A program made the position numbers and the translations under genes. Source: Octopus vulgaris (Eukaryota). From it: 64,000 bases of DNA. Location of the stretch: assembly GCA_951406725.2 (NCBI GenBank), contig OX597821.1, forward strand, positions 33,356,001-33,420,000, given 5' to 3'. The notes beneath the pieces are model-generated. The model was given only the letters and a program-made list of their open reading frames with translations. It was not told the origin of the DNA and did no database searches. Shown here in pieces: positions 1-13,737 of this stretch; within the stretch, counting starts at the first letter, position 1, and every line of letters begins with the position of its first letter.

Positions 1-169
1 ACACCTGAGAAACAAAATGACCAACAGGGTGTTTTTTTTGGTGGGGAACGGGTGAAAGTCTTGCCATTTTTTTCATATATTCTCATTTTAATAATCATCT
101 CTGGTTAATTATTGAGAGGGGTGTTGCGTTGGCAGAAGTTTGTACTCTCTGAGTACTCTTGTTGTTGTT

Positions 170-200
<31 letters not shown>

Positions 201-1494
201 TTATTATTATTGTTATTATTAAAAAAGCAGTGAGCCAACAGAATTGCCACCACGCTGGACAAAATGCTTAACGGCATTTCATCAGTTTTCATGTTTTGAG
301 TTCAAATTCCACCAAGGCTGACGTTGACTTTCATCCTTTCGGGGTTGATAGATTAAGTGACAGCAAAATCCTGGAGTCGATGTAATTGACTTAACCCCTT
401 CTGAAAAGAATCAGGCATTGTGCCTTTAGTTGAAAGGCTTATTATTATTGTTGTTAAAAAGGCGGTGAGCCAGCAGAATTGTTAACACATCGAACAGAAT
501 GCTTAGCAGTTTTTCATCCGTTGCTACGTTCTGAGTTCAAATTCCGCTGAGGTCAGCTTTGCCTTTCATTCTTTCCGGGTCGATAAATTAAGTACCAGTG
601 AAACACTGGAGTCGATGTAATTGACTATTCCTCTCTCCAAAAATTTCAGATCTTGCGTCTATAGTAGAAAGGATTATTATTATTATTATTATTTTTAGAT
701 GAGTACCAGATGAATTTGGGTTGAGAGACTAGAGGACATTTACACATTCTCTTTATCATCTACCTTACTAATCTCATTTCTTCTGCTTCTTAATTCTTTT
801 CCTCCCCCCCTCCTCCTCCTCACTTTCTCCTCTTTCCAAACATGTGGCTGTAATTATGTAAATTTATATCATACTCTCATATTTCCACAGGATTTTTCTA
901 AAGATGGTGGTGATTAAGTTATTTTGTTTTCGTTTTCTGCGTTCTAAACATATGAACTACATTGAGCTCTATAATCAAAGCCAGATATGAAAATTATACT
1001 TTGGAAATTGGAGTCTTGAGAAAGTCTGTTCATGGTTGCTCAACATGCTAGAAGCAGCAGCCAAATCTCTATCATATCACACCCTGTCACATTCAGAATG
1101 AAAGAGCATGTTGAAAAAGGTAATCTTCCATAAACTGTGACTGAGAAAAAGGCCAAATAAGCAAATAACAAAGCCTCCACATGCTAGAAATAGCAGCCAA
1201 ATCAACAGCATATCACGCTCTAGCTTTTTTTTAAAAAAAGGAATGAAACATTGACAAATGTAGTCCTAGTTACACTAAATCTCCCACATGTTATATCTTT
1301 ATCCTTTATCTTTTACATGTTTCAGTATTAGACTGTGGCCATACTGGAACACGATCTTGGAGGGTTTGGGCAAACAGATTAGACCCAGTACTTAATTTCA
1401 AGTATGGTGCTTATTATATTGACCTGTTTTGCTGAACTATCAAGATACAGGGACATAGACAAAGCAACACTGATTGTCAAATAGCTGGGGAGAC

Positions 1495-1872
1495 AAACAC
1501 ACACACATACACTTACATACATACATACATACACACATACATACATACATACGCATGCATACATACATACATACATACATATATACATACATACATACAA
1601 ACATGCATACATACATACATACAAATATGCATACATACATACATACATACACACATACATACGCATGCATACATACATACACACATACATACATACATAC
1701 ATACATACATACAAACGTACGTACGTACATGCATGCATACATACATACATACATACATACATACAAACATGCATACATACATACATACATACAAACATAC
1801 ATACATGCATACATGCACATACATACATACATACATACATACATACATACATACATACATACATACATACAA

Positions 1873-1918
<46 letters not shown>
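1495..1918. repeat. (CATA)n/(CA)n microsatellite
   Basis: Direct inspection. Confidence 0.97.
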
Positions 1919-1920
<2 letters not shown>

Positions 1921-2130
1921 GGGGTGCTGAAAAGTTCCTGGCTTTGGGTAAAAGAAAATACAGGAGGATTGGGTATGATTTTATTCAACATATTCCCCTC
2001 TCAGATTCACCCACTTATTGCAGCAGTCCTTCAGTTTTTCTAAACCCTGTAAAAGAACTTCAGAAGGTTGGGCCTCCAACCAGGCCTTTCACGATACCCT
2101 TAAAGCCAGGAACTTTACCACCTTTTCATA
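1917..2130. mobile_element. Mariner-derived MITE
   Basis: TIRs CTGAAAAGTTCCTGGCTTT / AAAGCCAGGAACTTT. The interior retains a transposase end, RGEYVE*, on the minus strand. Confidence 0.7.
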
Positions 2131-2959
2131 TATGTTTATACAATGGACTTCAACACAGAAGACTGCTTATTAGGGAATTGTGGTATTTGATTAAATCAAG
2201 GTTTTGCTTAAAATGAAATTTCTTTAATTTCTCTGTGATTTCTCATGGAACATTGATGTAGAATACTGGGAAACCTTTCAAAGATAGTTTTATGAGCTAG
2301 TTAATCTCTAAAGAAATTTATATTTTTAAAAGAGTGTGCCAGTGGCACGTAAAAAGCACCATCCGAAAGTGGCCGCTGCCAGCCTGCTCTGGCTCCTGTG
2401 CCAGTGGGAAGTAAAAAGCACCATCCGAAAGTGGCCGCTGCCAGCCTACTCTGGCTCCTGTGCCGGTGGCACTTAAAAAGCACCCACTACACTCACGGAG
2501 TGGTTGGCGTTAGGAAGGGCATCCAGCTGTAGAAACACTGCCAGATCAGACTGGAGCCTGGTGCAGCCTCCTGGCTTCCCAGACCCCGGTCGAACTGTCC
2601 AACCCGTGCTAGCACGGAAAACGGATGTTAAACGATGATGATGATGATGAAAGAAGATTAATAAAGGTATATAATATTTTTGATGTAAGGGCTCTCTGAG
2701 ACATAGAATGCATTTCATGGTTTCTCCAAGAGGCAAAAGTTTGGGAACTGGTCAGTGGGCATAGCTAATAGAGGAGCAAGGGGAGCGATTGTTTCCCAGG
2801 AATACATTTATCTAAATTGGCTCCTTTTCAAAAATCTTTTTTAACTCTTTAGTTACCTATATTAGTAGTTATAAGTTTCATTCATAATGACATTTTTACC
2901 AAAACATGAAATTAATGTATGTAGAGCACAATTACATATTTTATAACTAATGAAATATT

Positions 2960-3383
2960 GGATCTTTTCCGTTTGAATGGCAGTTTTTAACATAATTTTC
3001 TAGGTAACTAAAAAATTTTAAACTTCGTATTCTGGTAGAATGTGTTTATAAAACATCTTTTTTCTCTTGGCTTTATTGAGAAAATTCTATGGTTTATTAG
3101 ATATTTGTTGTTTTTTTTTTTCTTCAATTTCTGCAATTTCAACCAATCAATGATGTGTATTGAGGTAAAAAAACATTCTGTGCCGTATGAATATGTTCCT
3201 CGTTTAAGAAACAGATTGGGTTTATTTACATTTGTGAAGAAAAAAAAATACCCTTCCCCCCACCCCTAACCCTAACCCTAAAATAGATTGAAATGCAATA
3301 GATCGATACTAGGATCATAATTATGGGTGACAATTTCATATGACACCGCTAGAAAAAACTGCCATTCAAAACCGAAAAGATCC
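2960..3383 (+). mobile_element. GGATC-TIR MITE with internal (CCCTAA)n, copy 1
   Basis: About 27-bp TIR GGATCTTTTCGGTTTGAACGGCAGTTTTT. Imperfect 8-bp TSD gaaatatt/aaaatatt. Confidence 0.85.
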
Positions 3384-4241
3384 AAAATATTTTGCATATT
3401 ATAACGAAAATGAGTCAAAAATTGTTTGCCACCTTTTTTTTATGTGCTTGCTCCCACTAAACTTTAGAACCTGGATATACCTCTGGGAATGTTGCATCTC
3501 TCAGCTATTGCTATATGACCTTGTTCCAAGGTCATACTAGGGCCTTCTTCAGTGGAATATATGAACTGTGCCAATGTTGTCATCATACAAGAAGTGGAAT
3601 CTGTTTCAGTAGATATCGTGTGGTAAGAAGCTTGTTTCCCAATAGCATAGTTTGGGGTTCAATCCTGCTTTGTGGAACCTTGGGCAAGTGTCTGCTTCTA
3701 TAACCTTGGGCCAACCAAAAGCCTTGTGAGCGGATTTAGTAGACAGAAACTGAAAGACACCTGTTGCATGTGTGTGTGTGTGTGTGTGGTGGGGTGCATG
3801 TGTGTGTGTGCACGTGTGCATGGATCTGTGTGTGTTTTGTGCCTGTGTTTGTCCCCCACCACTACTTGACAAATGGTACTGGTGTACTTATGTCCCCATA
3901 AGTCAGTAGTTTGGCAAAAAGATTGTTCGAATAAGCACAAAGCTTTAAAAAATATGTCCTGGGATTGATTCACTCAGCTAAAAGTACTTCAAATCAGTGC
4001 ACCAACATGGCCACAGTCTAATGACTGAAACAAGTAAAAGATAGGTGCAGGTATGAGTGTGTGGTTAAGAAGCTTGTATCCCAACCATCTGGTCTTGGGT
4101 TCAGTCCCACTGCACAGAAGCTTGGACAAGTCTCTTCTACAAAAGCCCAGGGCCAATCAAAGCCCTGAAAGTAGATTTGGTAGACAGAAGCTGAAAGAAA
4201 CCTGTCATGTGTACACACACACACACACACGCATGCACGCG

Positions 4242-4276
<35 letters not shown>

Positions 4277-4627
4277 ACCTCAAGTAAAAAATGGAAATCC
4301 AACTAAGTGGGATTTTCATCACCAAAACAATTTACCCCACCCCACCCCAATACTAAAAAGTTCTTTTTTATTTTACTTGTCTCAGTCATTAGGCTGTGCC
4401 CATGCTGGGGCACTGCCTTGAGGAATTTTGATCGAACTTATCACCCCCAGCATTTTGTTTTATTTAAAAGCCTCGCATTTATTCTATTGGTCTCTTTTGC
4501 CAAACTGCTAAGTTATGGGGTTGTAAACACATCAACCCTGCTCGTCAAATGGTAGTAGAAGACAAACACAAAGACACACCAAATCCACTCAAGCCTTTGA
4601 TATGTGTATATGTAATATATATATGTG

Positions 4628-4659
<32 letters not shown>

Positions 4660-4826
4660 CTCCAAGAAAGTTAGAGGTTGAGAATCCAACCCACTAAGGG
4701 ATAATATCTATCCAATATACTGCTGGTAGAATACCCAATTATTAATACACAAGTGTTTTTTATTGCATTGCAATTACATTACCTAGTGTATTAAATGGGT
4801 GAAGGTAAAGAGATATTTTACCAATA

Positions 4827-6027
4827 CAGTGGTGGGCACAGTTCTGCAAATCTAACAGCTAATTAGCGAAGCTAACTTTTTGTTTGGTGGATTTGACATT
4901 TCGCTAACTTAGGAAACCGTTAGCAGACTAATTACCTTTTGCTAAATTTAGTTCAACTAACTTTTAAATCCGCTAACAAAATTCATACATTTGTTCTTGT
5001 CTGTTGCGGGTGTGTCTCAAAGAGTCTGTCAGGCATGCTATTGGCTGATTACGTGTACATGTGTCAAGATGTGATTGGTTGACACAGCAGTAGCCAGCTG
5101 AGCTGCATTGTGTAATTCTACAGTTTTAAGTTGTGTTTACTTACAACGTTGTCACGTTACTGACAGTCTTACAGTGTCAGCAACAGCAGTGTCCATTATC
5201 AGTTTATCAAGTTATTGCTTATCGTCATGGAAGGTGAAGATGTCTTTGTTCAGCTTGAGAATGAAGAGAATGTTGAGGAGTCTGCAACAGCTGTGGGTGA
5301 GGCACTGGTCACTCAGGTTGTGAGCCAGGAGTCTCAGAACTCATGGCCTCACAAGGAGGACTACTTTGTTCTCACATCAAGGGATAAGAGGAACGCCAAA
5401 ATCCTGTACTTCTGGTGTGTCACGTACCAGCCCAAGGAGACCACCATCAGTGGACAAGTGGCGAGCCTTTACAACTTGAAGTCGCACGTCAAGAGGAAAC
5501 ACCCAACACATGCCATCCAGTTTGAGGAGAGGATCAAGGCCAGCTCTTCCTGTGGGAAATAGACAATCTTCTGGTAGCAGTGCCAGTAGCCAGTCATCGC
5601 AGCCATGTGCAAAGAAATCAGGCCAGCTCAGCATTGGTGAGGCATTTTTACTCAAACTGCTGGCACTGGGATTTGTCAGTCCATGGTGGACAGAAGGATT
5701 GTAGACCTGTTTGTCAAGAACATGCTACGACTGCATGTAGTGGAGTCCTCCACCTTAGTTGGCCTGATCAAAACGCTGAACCCCAGCAAGACATCGATGT
5801 CCTGTTGCACTTTGGGCAAAATGATCTTGGCCAGCCATAAACAGCTGGAGGAGTATCTTAAAAGGTATTTATAAATTAAAATTATACCAAATTATTACAT
5901 AATTATTATGGTGTACTTCACATTTTCTTAATTTAATTTAATCATTTTTTAAATAATTATTTTCTTAATTGATGTAATAAAATGTATAATAGCTATTAGA
6001 AATAAATGTCATAATATATAATATACA

Positions 6028-6071
<44 letters not shown>

Positions 6072-6510
6072 ATTACTTTATATAATTAGGGTTCAGCAAA
6101 AAAATTTGCTTTACCACCTACCGAACTTTTAGAAATAGCAGCCAAAGAATTTAGCTATTTCCTCTACTATAAGAAGAGTCTCCCAGACAATGTATACTCA
6201 AAAACAATTCATGTAGGCATTGACAGAAAAATAACGAAAGTTCACTCGAAATTAGATTACTTGTGAACGCGTTTCTGGATTAGTCAGATATAGAGATGCT
6301 AGAAATACATCCCTATTCTAACATTCCCGTCATCAGCACAAGATTTCATTAAATTTAAATTTGAGAGCACAAAAAATTGTACATGCCCATCTGATTTGAG
6401 TAACCTCAAAGTAATGTTTAAATTTACCGTAAATGGTCCTTTTACATACTGAACACTGCTTGGTAAAATTATTAATTACTAATTAATTAATTAATTTTAC
6501 CCTTATTATT

Positions 6511-6554
<44 letters not shown>

Positions 6555-9090
6555 CACTCATGATTAAGTCTGCACAGCCAAAACAGCAGTCTTTAATGAA
6601 TTAGTGAATAAACGAACCTTAAGTTCTGAACTTATCAATCTCCAACCATCATTCCATCCCTCATCTTGGTTATTCATCACCCCCAATGTGTCATTTATCA
6701 AGGTAGGGTCACTATTTTCAAAAATTTGATAAAAAGGTTTTAAATTATAAGCAATATTTCCATGAATTTAGAACACCCTAGTAACAAACGTTAAACTATT
6801 TGGTCATCCCATAAATAATGCTGTTTTTCCAGTTGCATGAACTAAAAGTTGGAGGGAGAAGGGACAAACTACCTGCATCAACTTGCTATTTAAACAGGTA
6901 GTAATTTTACCATGTACTTAGTCTTAGTGCAAGTTTTGAAGAGTGTAGTTTTTTTCAAAGTTATAATGGAAGTGATAAAGGAGCATATTTAGCATATTTT
7001 GCTTTATGAGTTCCACAAAGTCAACAACACAACAGAAAGTGTGAGGAATATTAATGTAGTATACGGGGATCGGACAATAAGTGTAAGCCAGTGTCAACAG
7101 TGGTTCCAGAAATTCTGAGCCAGAAACTACAGCCTAGATGAGTCTCATCCTGGAAGATTTGTAGAGCTTGATGAGGATGTCCTGCAAACCCTGGTGGAAC
7201 AAAGTCCCATCGTAACTATTGAGGAACTAGCAGAGAAGCTTGGATTTGGTTATTCAACCATTCATCGACACCAGTGTGCCATTAGAAAAGTCAGCAAATT
7301 GAGTCAATGGGTTCCTCGCAGATGAATGTGTGCTCTTCTTTGCTGTCACATCTCATGGATGAACCTTGTTTGGACCAAATAGTGACTGGTGATGAGAAAT
7401 GGGTTCTCTATAAAAATATCAATCACTGTAAACAGTGGATAGGGAAAGGAGAAACACCAGCATCCCAGTCTAAAGAAGGTTTTCACCTATATAAGGTGTT
7501 GTTATCTGTTTGGTGGGATATGAATGGTTTAGTCCACTTTGAACTTTTAAACCCAAACCAAACGATAACAAAGATCTACTGTGAAAAATTACTATCTTTG
7601 GTTTCAAGACAAAAGGTGTTCTTCCATCAGGATAATGCTTGGCCACATACAGTTAGGATGACATTCAGAAGGCTGGAGCAGTTTGAATGAGAAACAATGC
7701 CCCGCCCACCATATTCACCGGACATTACCTATCTGATTATCATTTATTCTGCAGTCTTCAAAATCATTTCATCATCATCATCATCATCATTTAGCGTCCG
7801 CTTTCCATGCTAGCATGGGTTGGACGGTTCAACTGGGGTCTGTGAAGCCAGAAGGCTGCACCAGGCCCAGTCTGATCTGGCAGTATTTCTACGGCTGGAT
7901 GCCCTTCCTAACGCCAACCACTCCGTGAGTGTAGTGGGTGCTTTTTACATGCCACCCGCACAGGTGCCAGATGGGGCTGGCGAACGGCCATGGATGGATG
8001 GTGCTTTTTACATGCTGCCGATACGGGGGCCAGGCAAGGCTGGCAACGGCCACGATCGGATGGTGCTTTTTACATGCCACCGGCACGGAGGCCAGTTGGG
8101 GCGGTGCTGGGGGCCAGGCAAGGCTGGCAATGGCCACGATCAGATGGTGCTTTTTACGTGCCACCTGCACGGATGGAAAAAATATGAATTCTGTAGACGA
8201 GGTCAGAACAGCACTGGAGAATAATGTTTTGTCATAGACAAGTGAACATGGGAAGAGGGGCCTTGAAAGGCTACCAGATAGCTGGAAGAACATGGTAAAA
8301 AATAAAGGATAAAGGAGAGTCTATTTTAGGTTTAAAAAGAACTTTGTTTATCTTAATTTTGAAAAATTAAAGAAGTATAAAAAAGCTGAATTATTTATGG
8401 GATGACCCAATGCAATCTGTGTGATTTCTATAAACAAAATATGGTTATAAGATACTGCAATCAAATGTCCTGCCTCCTTCCTACCCACAAAAAATTTTAC
8501 AGATCACATGCTCACAAAAACCATTGCAGTTTGCATGGAGATGCTGATGAGAGGCTAGTTTTTTTTAATTTTTAGTAGGCCTTGATCATACACTGTGTCA
8601 GTTTATATATAGTGATAGTGAATTATTTCCTTGTTGTTGATTATTTTATAATTTTCACATTGCCATTTTGTGAAATCAGTCACTGATTCCAATGGTATTC
8701 TCCATAACATTAACAGAGTGAATTACAGATTGCTCAAGGATGTCTCCTTGGTGGCAACCACTGCAGACTGTTGGTCAGCCCACAACAGGTCCTACCTCAG
8801 GATGACGGCACACTGGCTGGATCCCAAGACCTGCACGAGACAACACACCATATCGGCTCAGAGGACATCACACCTTTGATGTTTTTGCCCAGGCCATGGT
8901 GGACACCCATTACAAATTCCATCTGCAAGACATGATGGACAACAGCAAAAACTTTAAGGCATTTATGCAGTTTGGTACAAAAGTTGAACTCTTGCCAGAC
9001 ATTCCTGGGGCTGCTGCCGATCCGAACATGGAGGGCATTGAGGATATGGTCCTGGACGTGGATCCCGAGGCTGGGAATGTGGACAAAGTT
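4827..9090 (+). mobile_element. Decayed Tol2-like hAT (Ac group) transposon with intron-containing transposase; 3' part missing
   Basis: Starts CAGTGGTGGGCA with subterminal GCTAA repeats. BED-like finger SWPH..YF...NLKSHVKRKHP (5215-5562), dimerisation-like segment 5683-5864, and catalytic ATTADCWSAHNRSYLRMTAHWLDP / SHTFDV / DNSKNFKAF (8729-8975), collinear with recalled Tol2 transposase. Frameshifts and stops are present. Confidence 0.8.
6799..8410 (+). mobile_element. Near full-length decayed mariner (DD34D) nested in the hAT intron
   Basis: TIRs TTTGGTCATCCCATAAATAAT / ATTATTTATGGGATGACCCAA with a left TA. Transposase motifs IVTGDEKWV, LLSVWWD, HQDNA-PH and PYSPD..SDYHLF, with multiple stops. 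Confidence 0.92.
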
Positions 9091-10575
9091 GTAACGGTAG
9101 AAGTTTATGAGTTTGTATGGCTGGAGTCACTCCTTTGTAATCGATGCCTGATATGGTGCAACATCGGGGTCATCAATTTGTAACAGTAGATATTTATTTG
9201 TGTAATGGTAATATGGAACATATCAGTTTGTAAGGATTGGTTCTTCACTGATTGCCATTATGTAAAGATGAAAGAACAGTGATTGAAGTTGTAAAGAAAA
9301 GATGCCATGCAGTGGGACTGAACCTGGAACCATGTGGTTGCCACTAGTGATAGCTTCTCTCTACAAGATAGCATGAAACTAATTCACGACATATTTACTA
9401 GTAACATTATCGTAGCAAATACCAAAATATGATTCTTTTCCCTTTTTTTTACTTTACTTGGCTCATAAAATTAGTTGGTAACTGGACACACAAATTCCAT
9501 ATAACTTAATAAATTATCTGCAGATAGAGTATAGTTAGTAATTTGATATCAGGAGCTTCATAAAATAATTTAAATATCTCTGAGTTTTAAAATGTTTTAA
9601 AAACACAACTTGCTGTTTGAGTTAGATTGGTCGTACACTTTCAGCAGAGTTTTGTATACACAGCTGAAAACATTTCAGCTAAATTACACAGTGGAACATG
9701 TTATAATTCTATTGAGTTATATTATAAGATGTTTTTAATATCAGTTTACTTGCTTCACCATATGTAGACAGTTTTATATAAGTCTTCTTCTTATATATTT
9801 TATATGTTTTTGATATTTTAAATATGTTTTAATAGTGATACTGCAGGCTGACATAGATGAACATATACACACAAACACCCTCACACACACATACACACAC
9901 ACACACTCACACACACACACACACACACACACGCATGTAACTCCCACGAATACTCTGACACATAGACATGTTAACATTGACATCACACACACACTTGTGT
10001 ACATGCAGACATATACACACATACACTTGTGTACATAGACATATATATGTGTGCGTACACACACACACACATACACACATTAAAGCATATAACAAACTAT
10101 TCATTAAAATTAAGCTCTTAAAACAACAAGATGTTAATTCTGTTAGAATCTTGCTTAATGAAACTATTAATAAAAATCCCAGACAAGCATGTCTCAAGTG
10201 ATCACGTAGAGCACAGCCCTCTTCTCCCCCCACACCCTCAGTAATTATGTGGGGGCTCCCTTGTTAGCTTGTAGCTCTCTAAGTACATACCACAGGTCAA
10301 GTAACCCACATAATGAGCCATTAGATATGATTTTACCTCATTAATATTCTCTTTTTCTCTTTTCTCTTTTACTTGTTTCAGTCATTTGACTGCGGCCATG
10401 CTGGAGCACTGCCTTTAATCGAGCAACTCGACCCCCAGGACTTATTCTTTTGTAAGCCCAGTACTTATTCTATCGGTCTCTTTTGCCGAACCACTAAGTA
10501 ACGGGGACATAAACACACCAGCATCGGTTGTCAAGCAATGCTAGGGGGACAAACACAGACACACAAACACGCACA

Positions 10576-10617
<42 letters not shown>

Positions 10618-11090
10618 TACGATGGGCTTCTTTCAGTTTCCATCTACCAAATCCACTCGCAAGGTTTTGGTCGGCCCGAGGCTATAGTAGAAGACACTTG
10701 CCCAAGGTGCCACGCAGTGGGACTGAACCCGGAACCATGTGGTTGGTAAGCAAGCTACTTACCACACAGCCACTCCTGCGCCTATCATAATTAAAGTTTT
10801 GTTTTTGTTGTGGGGGTTTTTTTTGCCTCCAAGCTGTTCTTAACCTTTAGTGTTCGCATTTCTCTGTCAAATGTAATGCTTATTTATTCACATTGTTTTC
10901 AATAAATCATGCATTATCTTGTAGCTTCGAGATTTTGGTGATGTGATTGTTTATTTTTACATTGACATTATAGGGTGTGCGTAGGAGTCTGGATCTGGTC
11001 AGTTTGAATATAAAACAGTCAGACATAGCCAGTTTAAATGATAAAGAGCTAAAGAGTGGATTGGATTATTATACAACAAAACTTCATATA

Positions 11091-11602
11091 CCGTAAATCC
11101 TCTAGTATAATCCGCATTTTTTCCCCAAAATTTAAAGGTCAATATCCCTAGTGCATACTATATACGAGGTTAAAAATGAAAATTATTTTCTAAGCAATGT
11201 CCGAGTCTCTATTTGCTGTCCGGCAATGTTTATTCAAACGCATTTTGTGATGTCGGGCGCGAAAATACCTTAAGCTAAGCCTGAAAGCAATGAAGTCATA
11301 AAAGAATAATCCATGACTTGCAGTAAGCAACATTTATTAAACGTTATTACCGTTATTTCTTTATTTTCTGCAAACAAAATGCACAAAAAAGCTACACGTT
11401 TGCATTATGTTATATATACAATAATAATAAAGGATGTTACAGTATACATTTTTACAAACTAAGGATGTTATATAGACCTCCTTGACTCAAGTTAAAAAAG
11501 GGGTGCATATTACACACAAGGTTTAGGTTTTTCAGAGGTACAGCCCCCTAAAAATCCCCTGCGTATTATACTCAAGGGCGGACTATACTCAAGGATTTAC
11601 GG
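11091..11602. mobile_element. Tc1/mariner-superfamily (Tc2/pogo-like) MITE
   Basis: TA|CCGTAAATCCTCTAGTATA ... TATACTCAAGGATTTACGG|TA terminal inverted repeats with a TA duplication. Confidence 0.8.
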
Positions 11603-11747
11603 TATTGTTGTTGCTCTGATTTAGCAGAATTATGATGAAAGCTCTTCCAGTCATGACCAGTCCATGTTTTTGTTAGTGTATCTATGACTACATTATTTGG
11701 AGTGTCATCTTTTTTTCTTTTTTGGTGTGATTTGAGCGAGATTTGTT

Positions 11748-12163
11748 GGATCTTTTGGGTTTGAACGGCAGTTTTTTCTAGCAGTGTCATATGAAATTGT
11801 CACCCATAATTATGACCCTAGTATCGATCTATTGCATTTCAATCTGTTTTAGGGTTAGGGTTAGGGGTGGGGGGAAAGGTATCTTTTTTTCTTCACAAAT
11901 GTAAATAAACCCAATCTGTTTCTTAAACGAGGGACATATTCATACGGCACAGAATGTTGTTTACTTCAATGGACGTCATTGATTGGTTGAAATTGCAGAA
12001 ATTGTAGAAAAAAACAACAAATATCTTACAAACTATAGAATTTTCTCAATAAAGCCAAGAGAAAAAGATGTTTTATAAACACATTCTACCAGTATACGAA
12101 GTTTAAAATTTTTTAGTTACCTAGAAATTATGTTAAAAACTGCCGTTCAAACCGAAAAGATCC
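11748..12163 (-). mobile_element. GGATC-TIR MITE, copy 2
   Basis: Same TIRs and body in reverse orientation. TSD gatttgtt/gatttgac. Confidence 0.85.
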
Positions 12164-13737
12164 GATTTGACTGATATTTATAGCAGTTTGAGCCTCCTTA
12201 TATCACTCTGTAGGTTTTAGTCTGATTGAGGTTTTGAGTTAGAGCTGTAATTAAAATCAGCAAGAGAGTATGTGGAGCTGAGCTGCAGGTTGCCACACAC
12301 TAAAGATTGGCACTCAAAAAGGTGCCTATTTATAGGCCTTGTTAGGAGAACTTTCTAGAAACTCCTAGCATGACCTATCATGTAATGTCTCTGCTCACTT
12401 GACCAAACGGTTGTTGTGCTGTGATTTTAACTTGGGAATTTGTCAACTCAGGTTCCAGTCTTGTAACCCCCATATCATCCATTCAAATTACAAAGCCTTG
12501 TGAGTGGATTTAGTGGATGGAAACTAAAAGAAGCCCATCATATATGTATGTGCGAGTGGTATGTATGTGTGTGTGTCTGGTGGTGAGCTGGCAGAATCAT
12601 TAGCATGCCGGGCGAATTGCTTAGCGGTATTTTGTCTGCCGCTATGTTCTGAGTTCAAATTCCGCCGAGGTCAACTTTGCCTTTCATCCTTTCGGGGTCG
12701 ATTAAATAAGTACCAGTTACGCACTGGGGTCGATGTAATCGGCTTAATCCCTTTGCCTATCCTTGTTTGTCCCCTCTGTGTTTAGCCCCTTGTGGGTAGT
12801 AAAGAAATAGGTATTTCGTCTGCCACTACGTTCTGAGTTCAAATTCCGCCGAGGTCAACTTTGCCTTTCATCCTTTCGGGGTCAATAAATTAAGTACCAG
12901 TTACGCACTGGGGTCGATGTAATCAACTTAATCCCTTTGCCTATCCTTGTTTGTCCCCTCTGTGTTTAGCCCCTTGTGGGTAATAAAGAAATAAGTGTCT
13001 GTATGTCTGCATGCCTTGACATTGTGCGACGACTGTAAATTAATGTCACTGTCACACAAGCAGTGTCATTCCCTTCCAATATTCTACAAGAACACATCTG
13101 GTCAAGGAGGAATATTATCTTGTTTGGAAATGAGTAAGGGTTGACGACAGGAAAGGCATCCAGCCATAGACAACCTGATTCAATGAACTCTGTTTAACCC
13201 TTTCAAGCATGGACAAAAATTTTATTCTTTTATTCTTTTACTTGTTTCAGTCATTTGACTGCGGCCATGCTGGAGCACCGCCTTTAGTCAAGCAAATCAA
13301 CCCCAGGACTTATTCTTTGTAAGCCTAGTACTTATTCTATCGGTCTCTTTTGCTGAACCGCTAAGTGACGGGGACGTAAACACACCAGCATCGGTTGTCA
13401 AGCGATGTTGGGTGGACAAACACAGACACAAACAACACATATATATATACATACATATATATGATGGGCTTCTTTCAGTTTCCGCCTACCAAATCCACTC
13501 ACAAGGCTTTGGGCGGCCCGAGGCTATAGTAGAAGACACTTGCCCAAGGTGCCATGCAGTGGGACTGAACCTGGAACCATGTGGTTGGTAAGCAAGCTAC
13601 TTACCACACAGCCACTCCTGCACCTATGGTCATTAAATGATTAGGATTCCCATAAAGTCATCTCTTCTTCATACCTCACCAAATGTTTTTGATTCTCTGT
13701 AATTTTCTTGTTAATTAATGATTTCTAATCTTGACAA

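Noticed and set aside
1379-2216. Long ORFs of MCVCVY/HTYI type (also 20756-21316, 40549-41273 and others)
   Set aside because: They are translations of dinucleotide and tetranucleotide microsatellites, not genes.
2335-2480. Repeat-spacer-like array
   Set aside because: Not CRISPR: eukaryotic context, spacers are similar to each other, and it is part of family C.
3259-3280. (CCCTAA)n as a telomere or chromosome fusion site
   Set aside because: Only 2-3 units, and always internal to the same MITE.
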